In this document: in pieces, positions 38,001 to 52,075 of the stretch
Layout of the letters: every line of letters starts with the position of its first letter
Numbering within the stretch: position 1 is the first letter of the stretch
Assembly: GCA_040437565.1 (NCBI GenBank)
Contig: JBDOQK010000016.1
Span: forward strand, 496,001-560,000
Length of the DNA: 64,000 bases
Source of the DNA: Albugo candida
Lineage: Eukaryota
Reading direction: 5' to 3'
Translations under genes and position numbers: made by a program
The notes under the pieces: model-generated
Databases searched by the model: none
What the model was told of the DNA's origin: nothing
Seen by the model: only the letters and a program-made list of their open reading frames with translations

Positions 38001-40455
38001 ATGGATATTCGATCGTTTTTTCAGGATAGAGACACCAATAAAAGCTGTAAGGAAAATAAATCCTCAGATATATCGTCCGCTTCTACATCGAATAAAATTC
38101 AGATAAGCTGTCCACTAAAAGTAACTAGACCACGGCGACAACGCAAGGAACTTATTATCATTAGTAGTGAAAGTGAAGGTGGCGAAGCAATCGAAGAACC
38201 AAAAGCAAAGAAACAAAAAGTGGTCAAGTCGAATGCGCTAATTGAGAATGTGACATCAAAACTTGCATCTTCTTGCCAGTTAGAGCGACCGAAGCCACAT
38301 CCAAATTGTTTGAATGGAAAGACCTTTGCGCTGAGTGGCATTTTTGATGATCTCTCACGCGATGATTGCATTCATTTGATCAAAGTATGCGGGGGATCTA
38401 TCAGCAATTCTGTGACACGAAATACAAATTATCTGGTTCTAGGAACAGAATTGGAGAATGGAGCCGATCCGACAACCAGTATGAAATACAAGGAGGCGAT
38501 GAGGAAAAATGTGCAGATTATCAGTCAACTCGAGTTGTACGATCTCATCAAAAATGCACCAAAAACTTCCGTGAAACAATCGGACGAAACTACTAGGCAT
38601 CAGGAAGCACTGTACGTTCTATGTCCAATACAAAGTGTCCTTTGTTCTCATCATGATGCTATTTTAGTGTAAATAAAGCATCTATGAATTGTCTTTGGGT
38701 CGATAAATACGCACCAAAATCATTTGACAACATGATTGGAAATATTGAGTTAGGTAAACGATTGGGCCAGTGGTTGAATGACTGGAACAACATTCACGTG
38801 AAGAAAATCAAAAAGGTGCCACCAACCAACAAACTATCCGAAAATCGCGGTGCCAAATGTGTCCTTCTATCGGGTCCGCCCGGTATCGGTAAAACCACAA
38901 TAGCTACTCTTGTGTCAAAGCATTGTGGATTTGAGTGTATCGAGTATAATGCAAGTAACACTCGAAGCAAAAAAGTTCTCAAGGCAACTTTGGGTGACAT
39001 CCTTGGATCACAAGCATTGAATCTACATCCACGTAACACGCAAAAACAAGCTGGGAAGAATCCGAGACCAGCAATGCAGTTGTCGAGGCGAGTCGTCATC
39101 ATGGATGAGGTGGATGGAATGTCTGGAGGAGATCGTGGAGGAACTGCTGAATTGATTCAATTGATCAAACATTCTAAAACACCTGTTATCTGTATATGTA
39201 ATGATCGTCAATCAACAAAAGTACGCTCACTGGCTAATCATTCGTATGATTTGCGTATGCGACGACCAACAAAGACGCAAATCGCCAAACGTTTGTTGGA
39301 AATCGGTATAGAAGAGGGTCTGGAAGTTGAGAAAAATGCAATGGAAGAAGCGGTTGAGCGTTGTGGCAATGACATCCGTCAGTCACTAATGCAAATGCAA
39401 AAGTGGAAAATGATTACCAATAAAGTGACGTATGCCGATTTGGTTGGACAACAGCCACATGAAAAGGATGATGTGCTTCGATTGAATCCCTTCAGTGCCA
39501 CTCAACAGATCTTCCAGCAGAATCTCACTTTTGCAAAACGCAATGAAGCCTACTTTGTTGACTACGATCTATTGCCTCTAATGATACAAGAAAACTACGT
39601 ACAAAGTATAATGAGCACACGCAAAACCAGCGATGAAAAACTGAATGCAATCATGAACGCAGCCGCTTTCATCGCTGAGGGCGATATTGTCAGCAAATAT
39701 GTGCGAATGCAACAACGTTGGGATTTGCTCACAAAACAGGCAGCTTTGAACGTTGGAGCTTGCATCTACGCCAGCGGATATCTAGGACACCCAGAATTCT
39801 CCAAATGGCTGGGGAAGAATTCAAGCGCAAACAAATCGAAAAGACTGCTCAGTGAACTCTCTCTTCGAATGCGAACGCATGCATCCGGATCACGGGAAGG
39901 TAAGAAAACGTATTTACAATCATTCTTGACAGCAGATCTAATTGTATGCTTCGGATAGTTATCCGTTTGGACTATGTGCCGTATATGAAAGAGATATTGT
40001 TGACGCAACTCGCATCCGGTGAAGATGACTGTATTAGTGCAGCCATTGAGCGTTTGGATGCTTGTGAGATTTCGAGAGAAGATCTGACCGAAGCGATGGA
40101 GTCATTCAAATTTCCCGGTATCAAACGTCACTCTTATGCGGATTTGGATTCCAAAGCCAAAGCGTCATTCACGAGATCGTACAATAAGACAACCCACACA
40201 GCGCAAGCACTGGTGGAATTAGCGTTGACGAGCGGCAAGAAGACACGTGCGACGGTGTCTGCGCCTCAGAATGAAGAACTACCGATCCCATCAGATGCAG
40301 AAACTGATGAAAGCGATGATCCAAACAAGGATGATGCGGATCTAAGTAAATTCATGAGAAATATTAAAAAGCGTAAAGCAGCAAAAGCTGATCCGAAAAG
40401 TAATCGTCGCAGTGGTCAGAAGCGCAATGCAAAATCCAACACGAAACGCGTGTGA
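38001..40455 (+). CDS. RFC1: Replication factor C large subunit, 3 exons
   Basis: MDIRSFF start, BRCT (CLNGKTFALSG), LWVDKYAP, Walker A GPPGIGKT, MDEVDGMSGGDRGG, ICICNDR, KWLGKNS and KASFTRSYN. Confidence 0.95.
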
Positions 40456-40558
40456 GTGGATGAAGTTCAGGCGTTCAGTCAGCATACCGACTTAATAAGA
40501 TTTCATGCATTTCGTAATTGTATCATTTCTCTTTCTATTTTTCTGGAAACTGGCTCCA

Positions 40559-40690
40559 ACGTCATAGAATTAGGATCGAAAAGCGGGATGACGTCATAGC
40601 GCGATGGATTTCAATAGTAGCCAGCACAAAGCGTGTTAAGGAGGGGTAGGTTCTTGTGTTCATCCACGTCACCTATCGCCATAACCAATC
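40559..40690 (+). promoter_or_regulatory. CRE/bZIP-like motifs and CCAAT upstream of ACC
   Basis: ACGTCA at 40559, TGACGTCA at 40589-40596, ACGTCA at 40666 and CCAAT at ~40685. Confidence 0.4.
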
Positions 40691-40830
40691 GTATCGCCGT
40701 CACAATGTCCTTACTTTAGAAAAATGCAAATTGAATTGAAGCAAGTTCAATAAAGCGACGCAATTAACCCTTCCCCGACTTCTTGCTTTTTCGAATTGGA
40801 TCCACTCTCTCTCCTTTGAATGCATACAAC

Positions 40831-43800
40831 ATGAGCGATCATTCTAAAATTCCCATCGAAAGCCAGACAGCACCAAACCACGAGCTTTTTTCGGAGGAAA
40901 TGGGTGTACACGAAACAACGCCCCCTTCCCAGATAAAGCGGTCGATCGACAATCATTCGCGAATATTCCAAAGTGTGAAGGAATATGTCAAGGAAACGCA
41001 AGGGAAACGTGTGATTGAGACCGTTCTTATAGCAAACAATGGGATTTCAGCGGTTAAGGCGATTCGAAGTATTCGAAGTTGGTCGTATGAGATGTTTGCG
41101 GACGAACACAAAGTTCGTTTTGTGGTCATGGCCACGCCAGAAGATCTTCGCGCCAATGCGGAATACATTCGGATGGCGGAACATGTTGTGGAGGTACCTG
41201 GTGGAGCTAATAATAACAATTATGCAAATGTCGGACTTATTGTGGAGACCGCAGAGCGGTATGAAGTCGATGCTGTATGGGCTGGATGGGGACACGCCAG
41301 TGAGAATCCTCTTTTACCCGATGCGTTAAGTAATACGGAGCGCCAGATCGTCTTCATTGGACCTCCTTCTCAACCGATGCGAGCGTTAGGCGACAAAATT
41401 GGGTCGACTATTATTGCGCAAAGTGCTCGTGTACCAACTATTGCGTGGAATGGAGATGGGATTTATGTCGACTACAAGGAAAAGAATGCGATTCCCGACG
41501 AGATTTACCAGTCTGCACAGATAAATAATGGAGCTCATTGCTTACAAGAATGTAAACGGATTGGTTTCCCTGTGATGATCAAAGCCAGTGAAGGAGGTGG
41601 TGGTCGAGGTATCCGTAAGGTGACGGAAGAATCACAAGTTCACAACGCGTGGGAAGCAGTACGGGGTGAACTACCAGGATCTCCCGTTTTTGTTATGAAG
41701 CTTGCACCAAAGTCACGTCATTTAGAAGTACAGCTACTTGCCGATGAGTATGGTAACGCGATCGCATTAAGTGGACGAGATTGTTCTGTTCAGAGGAGAC
41801 ATCAGAAAATCGTTGAAGAAGGTCCCGTTCTGGCACCATCACCAGCTATATGGGGAGAAATGATGAAGGCAGCCACACGACTTGCTAAAGAAGTACAGTA
41901 CGTTAATGCTGGCACGGTCGAGTACTTATTCAGTGAGCGACCAGAAGACCAAGAGAACCCATTCTTCTTCTTGGAACTAAATCCCCGACTACAAGTCGAA
42001 CACCCTGTCACAGAAATGATCACACATGTGAATCTTCCAGCTGCTCAGCTTCAGGTTGCAATGGGAATTCCGTTGAGTTACATCCCAGATATCCGTCGTC
42101 TTTATGACCACGATGGATTTGGCAAAGAGGCGATTGATTTCGATACTGAACAGCAACTACCACCTCATGGGCATGTCATTGCAGCACGAATCACTGCTGA
42201 GGATCCAAATGCAGGATTTCAACCAACTAGTGGAGCGATCAAGGAGTTGAACTTTCGTAGTACACCCGATGTTTGGGGATACTTCTCAGTTGACTCTTCA
42301 GGTTTGGTTCATGAATTTGCCGATTCGCAAATTGGGCATCTATTTGCCTGGGGTACAACACGTGACAGAGCAAGGCAGAACATGATTCTGGCTCTGAAAG
42401 AATTATCGATACGGGGTGATATTCATACTACTGTCGAGTATATTGTGAATATGATGGAATCGGAAGATTTCAGGCTTAACAAGATCGATACCACTTGGCT
42501 CGATGATCGAATTGCACGGCACAAGGAAGTTCGGTTGCAAGGTCGACCTGATCCTTTGATGGTTGTCATGGTAGGAGCTGTCTGCAGTGCGTATCAATCC
42601 GCCAATGCACGCATTGAAGAATTTGTAAGTCAATTAGAGCGAGGCCAGCTGCCTTCCAGCTCCTTACTCAAGCAATGTGATGATCTCAAATTGATTTACG
42701 AAGGTATCAAGTATCAGATCAAAGCCCATCGCAGCGGGCAGATTTGGTTCACCCTCGAATGTAATGACTCCTACGTTCAGGTAGAAATACGTACTTTATC
42801 TGATGGAGGGTTCTTGATTCTCCTAAATGGCAANNNNNNNNNNNNNNNNNNNNNNNNNNNNNNNNNNNNNNNNNNNNNNNNNNNNNNNNNNNNNNNNNNN
42901 NNNNNNNNNNNNNNNNNNNNNNNNNNNNNNNNNTCTCAAATTGATTTACGAAGGTATCAAGTATCAGATCAAAGCCCATCGCAGCGGGCAGATTTGGTTC
43001 ACCCTCGAATGTAATGACTCCTACGTTCAGGTAGAAATACGTACTTTATCTGATGGAGGGTTCTTGATTCTCCTAAATGGCAAGTCACACGTTGCGTATG
43101 CAACAAAAGAAGCTCAAGGACTACGTCTTGTTGTAAATGGGCACACGTGTGTGTTTACGAACGAGTATGATCCAACTCGTCTGGTCACCAATACAGCTGG
43201 TAAGCTGGCTCGCTATCTGGTCAATGACAATTCAAGATTGCGTCGTGGAACCCCGTACGCTGAAATCGAAGTCATGAAGATGTACATGCCTTTACTCGCA
43301 CAAGAGGACGGTACTATCAAATTTATGAAATCAGAGGGGGCTGTGCTCGCTCCCGGTGATTGTATCGCTATGATGGACTTGGATGATCCAAGCTGCGTAA
43401 AGAAGTCCGAGTGTTATTCTGGCAAAGTACCGAAGAAAGAAATGGCCCCTGAGCATGCAATGGAACGAAAGAAACCACTACACAAATTTAGATGGTCGCT
43501 TGAAACTATCAAGACCGCCTTGGATGGATTTTACGTCCCAGATGACTTACTGGACCGCTCATTCAACGATTTATTCGATTCACTCAACAATCCACACTTA
43601 CCGGTTGAAGAAATCAAAGAATATCTGTCTCCTCTGGCGGGATTGATACCCCTAGAGTATTTTGCTAGAATCAATGATGCACTGCATCAATACCGAATAA
43701 AAGTGAGTGACTCATCCGATTGCAGAGTTGAAGATTTCAATGTAAACGATGTCGAAGTCATCCTGCACCAGTACAAAGCAAGCCTGGATAATGATCGTGC

Positions 43801-46800
43801 AAAATCGGATTTTGAAGCAACGGTTCTGGGTCTCAAGACTATTTTGGCAAAGTATCGAAATGGGCTCATATCCGGTTATGAAAGCGTCATAGCAGGATTC
43901 ATCAACCAGTATCTGGTGGTGGAAAAGGCATATGCCAATACTCAAAATGTTGAAGACGTGATCACAGCTTTACGTCATCAGTACACGGACGATTTGGTTC
44001 GCGTGTTCGCAATCGCTCATGCTCATAGAGAGCTTGGACGACGAACCAAACTGCTTCTTCGAATCTTAGAATTTGCCTCACGTCAATCTTCCAAACTTGT
44101 AAAAGCACCATCGATCATGCCATTACTAGAGCAGCTGGCCAATTTGAAACACAAGCAATACTCTTTGATTGCACTTGAAGCACGGCAGCTACTGATGGAT
44201 AACAAGATGCCCTCCTTTCGGGACCGAATGCATGAAGTGGAGGGATTATTGAGAGAAATGGTCAATGATCGTGAGTCCCCAAACGTGAGCGACAAAGTTC
44301 AAGCGCTTCTCGATCACTCACAGCCTCTATTTGACATACTTATACCGCTACTCAAACATGGAGATGTCAGAGTCCGTGAAGCTGCACTGGAGCTGTACAT
44401 CCGGCGGATTTATCGATCGTATGTGCTTGAATCAGTCGAAAAGAAATGCAATGGGGAAATATTTGCACAGCAGTTTCAATTCCGCTCTCCGATTTACGAT
44501 GCATTAGCAGTTGGGATCGCACCCGCCGAAAGTTACCACGATCTTTCCTCATTGCTGAATAAAACTGGCGACGATGATGACACTTTCAAAGATAAAGCAG
44601 TCACCACGCCGACAACTTGCACGGAATCGCAGAAAATCTCTCCCAACATTCTTCGGCATGGAATTATTGTGAGTTTTTCGACGTTGGAAGCGGTCAAACG
44701 TTGCTGGAGCGAAACTTTGCAACTGCTACCAGTACAAAACAACATGTTGACTCTCAAGAAAACGGGACCAGTCAACGTCGTTCACATTCTTCTGACCGAC
44801 GAAGGAGCCAGAGAAGATGTTTTCTTACAACATGTCGAAGGATTTCTCAAAGCCAAGTCGGATTCATTGAGGAATCATGGCATCCGTCGTGTCTCTATTG
44901 CAATTAGAGCAAATATTGTGGCTACGGCCTCAAGTCACTCTAGTGACAACGCCCTATACCCTTCAGTGTACACATTTTCCAATCGACTCGACTACAGCGA
45001 AGATCGTATTGTTCGGCATTTAGAAGCTCCGTTGGCCTACAAGCTTGAATTACGCCGTCTACGGAATTACACTGTCACACCTCTCAATTCTGAAAACAAA
45101 AATGTGCATCTGTATTTGGCGGAAACTAAGAGTGTTGCACAACCGCAAGGAGAGAAAATCCGACGTATATTTGTTCGTGGAGTCGTACGTACAATCGACA
45201 AATCGAATGATGGCACCCGATCCGAGTTTGATGCTTATCCCGGTCCCGAACGTACTCTTGTTGATGCACTGAACTCCCTTGAACTGGCAATGGGAAGCAG
45301 CACGCTCGATGGAGGCTCAACGATCAAGAACAACCATGTTTTTCTCAATATTTTACCAGTTGCCACCGTTGATCCCCAATATCTTGAAGGTGTCATCCGG
45401 ATTCTCGCGTTTCGATACGCACAAAGATTGGAGCAATTACGTGTCACTCAAGTCGAATTGAAAATCAGCGCGAGGTTCAATGATGATGCTGCGAAAATCC
45501 CCGTCCGCCTGATTGCGTCCAATCCGACTGGTTATGTATTGCGGGTGGACTCGTATGTGGAAGCTGCTGGACACGATGAAACGATCTTTTCTTCTATTGG
45601 TGATGACGGTAATGGCGAATTGGATGGACTCCCAACTTCGACACCTTATCCCGTATCATTTCCATTCGACAAGAAGCGGGAACTGGCTAAAGCAATGTCA
45701 AATACGGTGTACGCATACGATTTCGTAGAGCTTTTCGAGTACTGTGTCATGCGTTCATGGAGAATCCATGCGCACAGACACTCGTCTGAAAAGATCTCAA
45801 TTCCGAATGTCGTACTCGAATCAAAGGAACTGATTTTAGACTCTTCTGGCGATCTTGTAGAGACCTCTCGTCCTTCAGGTCAAAACACATTTGGTATGGT
45901 TGCATGGCTGATGAAGATGTACACGGTCGAGTATCCCGAAGGTCGTGAGATTGTGGTCATATGTAATGATATAACGTACAAAGCCGGCTCCTTTGGTACT
46001 ATCGAAGATAAACTGTTCGAACAAGCTTCGAAACTAGCTCGTAAGCGTGGAATTCCTCGTATATTCTTGGCTGCGAACGCTGGAGCACGACTCGGTATGG
46101 CAGAATCCATAAAGTCTCTGTACAAAGTTTGCTGGAAAGACAATCAAGACCCAATGAAAGGATTCAAGTATATCTATCTTACACCACAAGACTACACCGC
46201 CCTTGCATCACAGCATGCGGTAGCTGCACGACTACTCACTACTGAAAATGGAGAAGATCGCTACATTCTAACAGATATTATTGGTGTGGAGAATGATCTT
46301 GGCGTCGAATGTCTGCAAGGAAGTGGAAGTATTGCCGGCGAAACCGCTCGAGCCTACCAAGACATCTTTACGTTGACGTATGTATGTGGTCGTAGTGTCG
46401 GTATTGGTGCGTATCTCGTACGTCTTGGTCATCGTACGATTCAGAATAAAACACATTCCCCAATCATTCTTACCGGATTTCAAGCACTCAATAAGCTTAT
46501 GGGGAGAGAAGTGTATACATCGAACGATCAGCTTGGTGGAGTCAAAGTCATGCACACTAATGGTATCACTCACATGACGTCCAAGAATCCTTTGAGTGGC
46601 GTCTCTTCCATACTGGAATGGCTGAGTTTTGTTCCTGCAGTGCGTCATGGACCACTCCCTATCCGAGACATTTCTGGTTGGGACGTCGTGGAGCGAACGA
46701 TCGATTACGTACCATGCAAGTCGAGTCAGTATGATCCCAGAGCGCTTTTGTGTGGTAAAGTAGATGAGAGTAGTGGACAATGGCTTTCGGGAATGGCAGA

Positions 46801-48031
46801 CAAGGATTCCTTCATTGAAAGTCTTGATGGATGGGCTAAGAGTGTCATTGTCGGACGAGCTCGTATTGGAGGAATTCCATTTGGTGCCATCATCACAGAA
46901 GTTCGCACATCAGAGAAAATCATCCCTGCTGATCCAGCATCACCATCAACGCAAGAAAACATCATTTTACAAGCTGGTCAAGTGTGGTTTCCTGATTCAG
47001 CACACAAGACAGCAACCGCTATCAAAGACTTTAAAGGCGAAGATTTACCTCTATTCATCTTTGCGAATTGGCGTGGATTTTCAGGTGGTCAGCGTGATAT
47101 GTTTGACGAAGTACTTAAATTTGGTGCAGCTATTGTCGATGGTCTTGTTGGTTATGAACAACCCGTCTTCGTCTACATCCCTCCATACGCCGAACTACGT
47201 GGTGGTGCGTGGGCTGTAGTCGACTCGACCATCAACAAAGGTATTATGGAAATGTATGCGGATAGTACTGGAAGAGGTGGCGTCCTGGAGCCAGCAGGTC
47301 TCATTGAAATCAAATATAGAAAGAAACAAGTACTGGAACTGATGCATCGTCTCGATGCTAAATTGAAGGATTTAACGGACAAGGCTGCAGCAACTGACAA
47401 TGAAGATACGGCTTTGCAAACTAAGCTTCGGAGTGCCATTAAAGAACGAGAAGATGAGCTTATGCCAATGTACATACAAATCACGACAGAATTTGCTGAG
47501 CTTCATGACACTCCTGGTAGAATGAAAGCGAAACATGTCATTCGAGATATCGTGGAATGGAAGAATGCCCGCAAGTTTTTCTATTGGCGTCTCAAGCGGA
47601 AATTAGGAGAATTTGCACTTGGACGAGATATAGCACAATCTCTCACAAAAGAGAGTTCGACAATGCTCGACGCAGAGCACATCATGAAAGGATGGTTTGC
47701 AGAAGCCGTAAATGCTGGGAGAATCGCGCGTCCAAACAATGAGACGATTGCGGAGCTTTGGGAGAAGAACGATAAAGATGTTCTCATGTGGTTATCCAGT
47801 GACAAGGAATGGCTCCAAAATCGATTACGCGGTTTATGGAGAGAGCATACGATCAATGGAGTCGTATCCTTAGGACTTCGCGACCCGAAAGCTGCCGTTA
47901 TCGGGATTTTAGATCTGTTGCATCAACTTCCCGACAAGGACCAAGAAGAAGCACTCTCCGCACTTCGTCGTGGCTCAATATTCCATCGAAGTACTTCCAG
48001 TGGCAAATTGAATTCTCCGGTCAACAAATAA
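40831..48031 (+). CDS. ACC1: Multidomain acetyl-CoA carboxylase; gap 42834-42933 is an assembly overlap
   Basis: Biotin carboxylase (VLIANNG, ELNPRLQVEH), biotinylation motif EVMKM and carboxyltransferase (GRSVGIGAYL, NWRGFSGGQRDM). ~42684-42833 is repeated exactly after the gap, and merging the copies restores one ORF. Confidence 0.97.
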
Positions 48032-48072
48032 AGCACGTGACAATTTTGTAATTTCTAACCCTTTTTTAAATG

Positions 48073-50374
48073 TCAATTTCTTTCAAGCTTCTCCGTTGTC
48101 GCCAACTGTTCCATTTCTGTCAGATCAATGACTGATTTTGAAGATCCACTGAGAAAGCTGAGATCATGCTGAGGTGTCACTTGAATGGTACTAATGTCCT
48201 CTGACCGCATGGAAGCTTTCTCGCAATTTGTGCCATTCCCCTCACATGTTTTGGAATCGGATATTTGCCCGGGTCTTGTACGCATGTATGCGCGCCAATC
48301 CATCTTTTTCAATGATACAAGAGGTCCCAAATCACATGCATACTTTTTGACGAGATCTCGCGTTTGGAGTTGGAGCTGTGCTCGTCGACGAGGTAATCCA
48401 TCTTGCAAAATTCGATATTTTGGCATCAATCGATACAATAGTGGCAAAATGGTCTTCAACTCGATCATTCCTGCTTCGACAGAACGTACACCAAAAAAGG
48501 AGAATAGCGGGAAGGATAGAAATAAAAGAGCAATCGAAGACCAGTACCAATCGGTGAGGACAATAGCTGCCAAGGAATACAAAAAGTAAAGCGTTGGGAT
48601 AGCGATGCTGGAAAATACAATCTTTTTGCTCAAAATGACATCACGCGCAGTGACTTTCACTTTCGAACTGGCCAAAGCCTTTTGCTGCTCTCTTCGGGAA
48701 ATATATCGTGCCATGATCCCAACTGGAACATTCAGCACAAACGATGGAATGGATGCCAATGCGAAGATCAGAAATCCATATAACGCCGATCCAATGACAT
48801 CACGATAAGCCCACCAAGCGATATAAGGTACCTGATGGTCTTTAAGCCCCATGATTCGAAGCGTATCGTGATACTCTTGCAGATTGTTCCGTAAAGTGTC
48901 GAGATCCTTGCTTGCATGCGGCAATACACTCAAGACTTTGTATCCTTCAGCGAATCTTCTATTGAGATCCTGCGTCTCGGCAGCACTCAATCGTACCCCG
49001 GACCTCTGATAGAGCCTTCTAGCTGTAAAGATTAGCTGCATAAGATCATAATTTGGTGCTGTTACAATGACTGCACGCATCCCTTCTTCGATTTCATGCA
49101 GGAAATCATTACACGCCTTGCGATTATCAGTTGAATAAACTTGCATGATATGGTCGCTGACGGCAATAGGAGGTCCAAACTCAACGACAGCTCGCCCACG
49201 AAATCGATGTCCTCGGAAATATGTCAAACCCACAGGTACGACAAGCGCGTTAATGTTGTAATTCGCTTTGACTCCAAGTGCCATGATAGCGACTCCAACT
49301 TTTAATGGCAGTAAATCAGTTCGGTCATGAGATCCTCCTTCTGGGAATATTCCAATACAATCTCCGTGCTTGAGATGATTATATACTTCTCGAAACATAT
49401 TTGATTGATCAATTTTCTTCAAAATTCCATATTGACTAGGCGTTTGGACTTGTTTTTGCTCATTGTCCATCAGAACGGACTCGAGATACATATCCGTATC
49501 ACTTGTCACTTGCAGAACTTTAACAGGGAGACCACTAGCGAGCACAGAGTCTCCTTGAAAGCGCACTTGGTCTCCTGGACTCACTTGTTTCAGGAATGAT
49601 GTTCCCTGACCAATCAGTTTGAATCCTCGCTTCTTGACAATTTTGCAATCTTTCTCCGATAAATTGACTTCTTCGGTGGCGCGAATCGCATCATCGACCT
49701 CTACTTCCATCGTGACAGTACCTTGGCCAGATATGACATGATCTTGAGATCGAAGAACCGGAATACACCCGATGCTTCTTGCCAACGGTCCGACCACAGG
49801 GAGACGCAACGATTTTTCCGCTATGACAAATCCAACCTACAACACGTTTCGTAGCATCACAGAGTACTGACGAGCCTGCTTTACCTTCCGTTTGCTGTTC
49901 ATCATCACCATAAGCGCATCAACGAATTGATTGGCATGATTTCCTAACGCACACATTCTTCATTTGCGAGAGATACTTACATTCAAGTGACATTTTGTGC
50001 AACCTGTGAAAATGACGGGGCCTTCTATGGGAATATTGTCTATTCCAATGACATCGATGCTTTTGAAAAAAATGCTTAATACACTGTGAAAATAGACTCG
50101 GACACAGCGGTAAATTGCTTCCGAAATATTACTCCATAGGAGCACAAGCATCAGCAGAAATGAAAGAACACCCAAATACCAAGCCGGAAAGCCAAGAAAT
50201 TTAGAAATTGCTTTCACGGGGCTTTAAGAATATAGAGATATTATTTGACTAACGAATGGAAGGATACATCTTATGTACGCACTTGAGCGATTCTGTGGAA
50301 AGTGCCATCAATAATGAAAGCGCAAGAAATTGTATCCATACATCATTTAAAACGTCAGCTTTGTGGAATTTCAT
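48073..50374 (-). CDS. Glycerol-3-phosphate O-acyltransferase (Sct1/Gpt2-like), multi-exon
   Basis: GPVIFTG/NHANQFVDA (HxxxxD, ~49915-49945), FVIAEKS, IGIFPEGGSHDRTDLLPLKVG, FRGRAVVEFG, ARRLY and C-terminal TM helices. The start at 50374 is inferred from a plausible first intron. Confidence 0.88.
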
Positions 50375-50746
50375 GATTATTCGAGTAAATAGGATTCGTG
50401 TTGGAATAATGTCACGAAAAACACAATACCAGTGAGATTCGAATTGATACTCAGACGCTGCGATTGCGATAGAGCGCTTCGAATACATATTTCAAGTCAA
50501 ATACAATAGAAACGGCTTTTCGAGTGAAGATACATTATATGCGATAGCTGTACATTGACAGCGAAAGACTCACAAGATATAATATAAACGTCTCCAATGC
50601 GGTATGATTGCGTACACAAGGTTCATAGATTCGCTTTAGTCACAATGCACAATTGAGCAACGAAGCAACTCGCTGATACAACATTCCTTTCGCATTCCAT
50701 ATACTCGCTATTTTTGTAACTTTGATCGGACAATTTGTAAAACTCA

Positions 50747-51887
50747 ATGGGCGATGAAAACCTCACTCCTGTTGATGTTATTATCCGAAAGCTATTAGCT
50801 GTCCGAGACAAACCGCAGACAGAAGTTCGAAATTTGACAAATGAAGAGCTGATGTTTCTTTGTCGTGAAACTCGATCGGTAGACACTCGTACATCAGTTC
50901 ACATTTGTCGATTCTTTGTGATCGGTGTAGTCAGATCTTTTTAGATGAACCAATGCTCATTGAAGCCCCCGCTCCCATCAATATCTGCGGCGACACACAC
51001 GGCCAATATGCAGATCTCCTTCGTCTTTTCGAAATGGGCGGATCGCCGAGTGAACAGGACTATATTTTTCTCGGAGACTACGTCGATCGAGCTATGCAAA
51101 GTATTGAAACGATATGCTTACTATTCGCCTACAAGATCAAATTCCCTTCGCGGATGTATCTACTCCGTGGAAATCACGAATGTGCTTCTATCAATCGCAT
51201 TTATGGTCAGCATGCAGTCTGCACTGTAGACGCAACTTGACATAACTTGTGCAACAGGTTTCTATGATGAATGTAAAAGGCGATATACCATCAAGATTTG
51301 GCGTACGTTTGGCGATACATTCAATTGTATGCCTGTGGCAGCCGTAATCGCCGGCAAGGTGATGCATCCGATGTCAACTATGTACACACTCAACTTTGTA
51401 TCGCGTTAGATATTTTGTACTCATGGCGGGCTATCCCCGCATTTGTATACTTTTGATCAGATTAAAAGTATACGAAGACCCACAGATGTTCCGGATGAGG
51501 TAATACTACAATTCCTGGTCTATCATTCCTATTTGTGTCATTCATAGTCGGCGATAGGGGTTGTTGTGCGATCTCCTTTGGTCGGATCCGGACCGTGACA
51601 GCCAGGGATGGACAGAGAGCGATCGTGGCGTATCGTACATCTATGGAGCAGACGTTGTGGAGCAGTTTTTACAGACTCATGATCTTGATTTGATCTGTCG
51701 TGCGCATCAAGTCGTGGCTGATGGGTACGAGTTTTTTGCAGGACGGAGACTGGTTACCATTTTTTCAGCTCCAAATTACTGCAATGAGTTTGATAATGCG
51801 GGTGCGATGCTGGTAGTTGCAAAGAATCTCACATGTTCCTTCAAAGTTCTCTGTTCGGCTGATAAAAAGCGATTAGAATCGCGATAG
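50747..51887 (+). CDS. PP1: Ser/Thr protein phosphatase PP1-like catalytic subunit, multi-exon
   Basis: GDTHGQY, GDYVDRA, LRGNHE, HGGLSP, RPTDVPD, DLLWSDP, RAHQVV and FSAPNYC. Confidence 0.92.
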
Positions 51888-52075
51888 TATGGTTTTTCAT
51901 CACACAAACTCATACAGTCGATAAAGTATTGCAAAGCGAGAAGAAGGTTTAGAAAAGTACATTTTACATCGTAACAAAAATTGAAACCCGAAAGAAAGTC
52001 GTTTGATTCCGCCTCTTATCGTCTCATTCTCCGCGGCTGAGCCGAGTTGGAGTCGTTCAGCCTTTGAATGCGTCT

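Noticed and set aside
42684-43083. Split or internally duplicated ACC
   Set aside because: Exact ~150-bp overlap around a 100-N gap, which is an assembly artefact.
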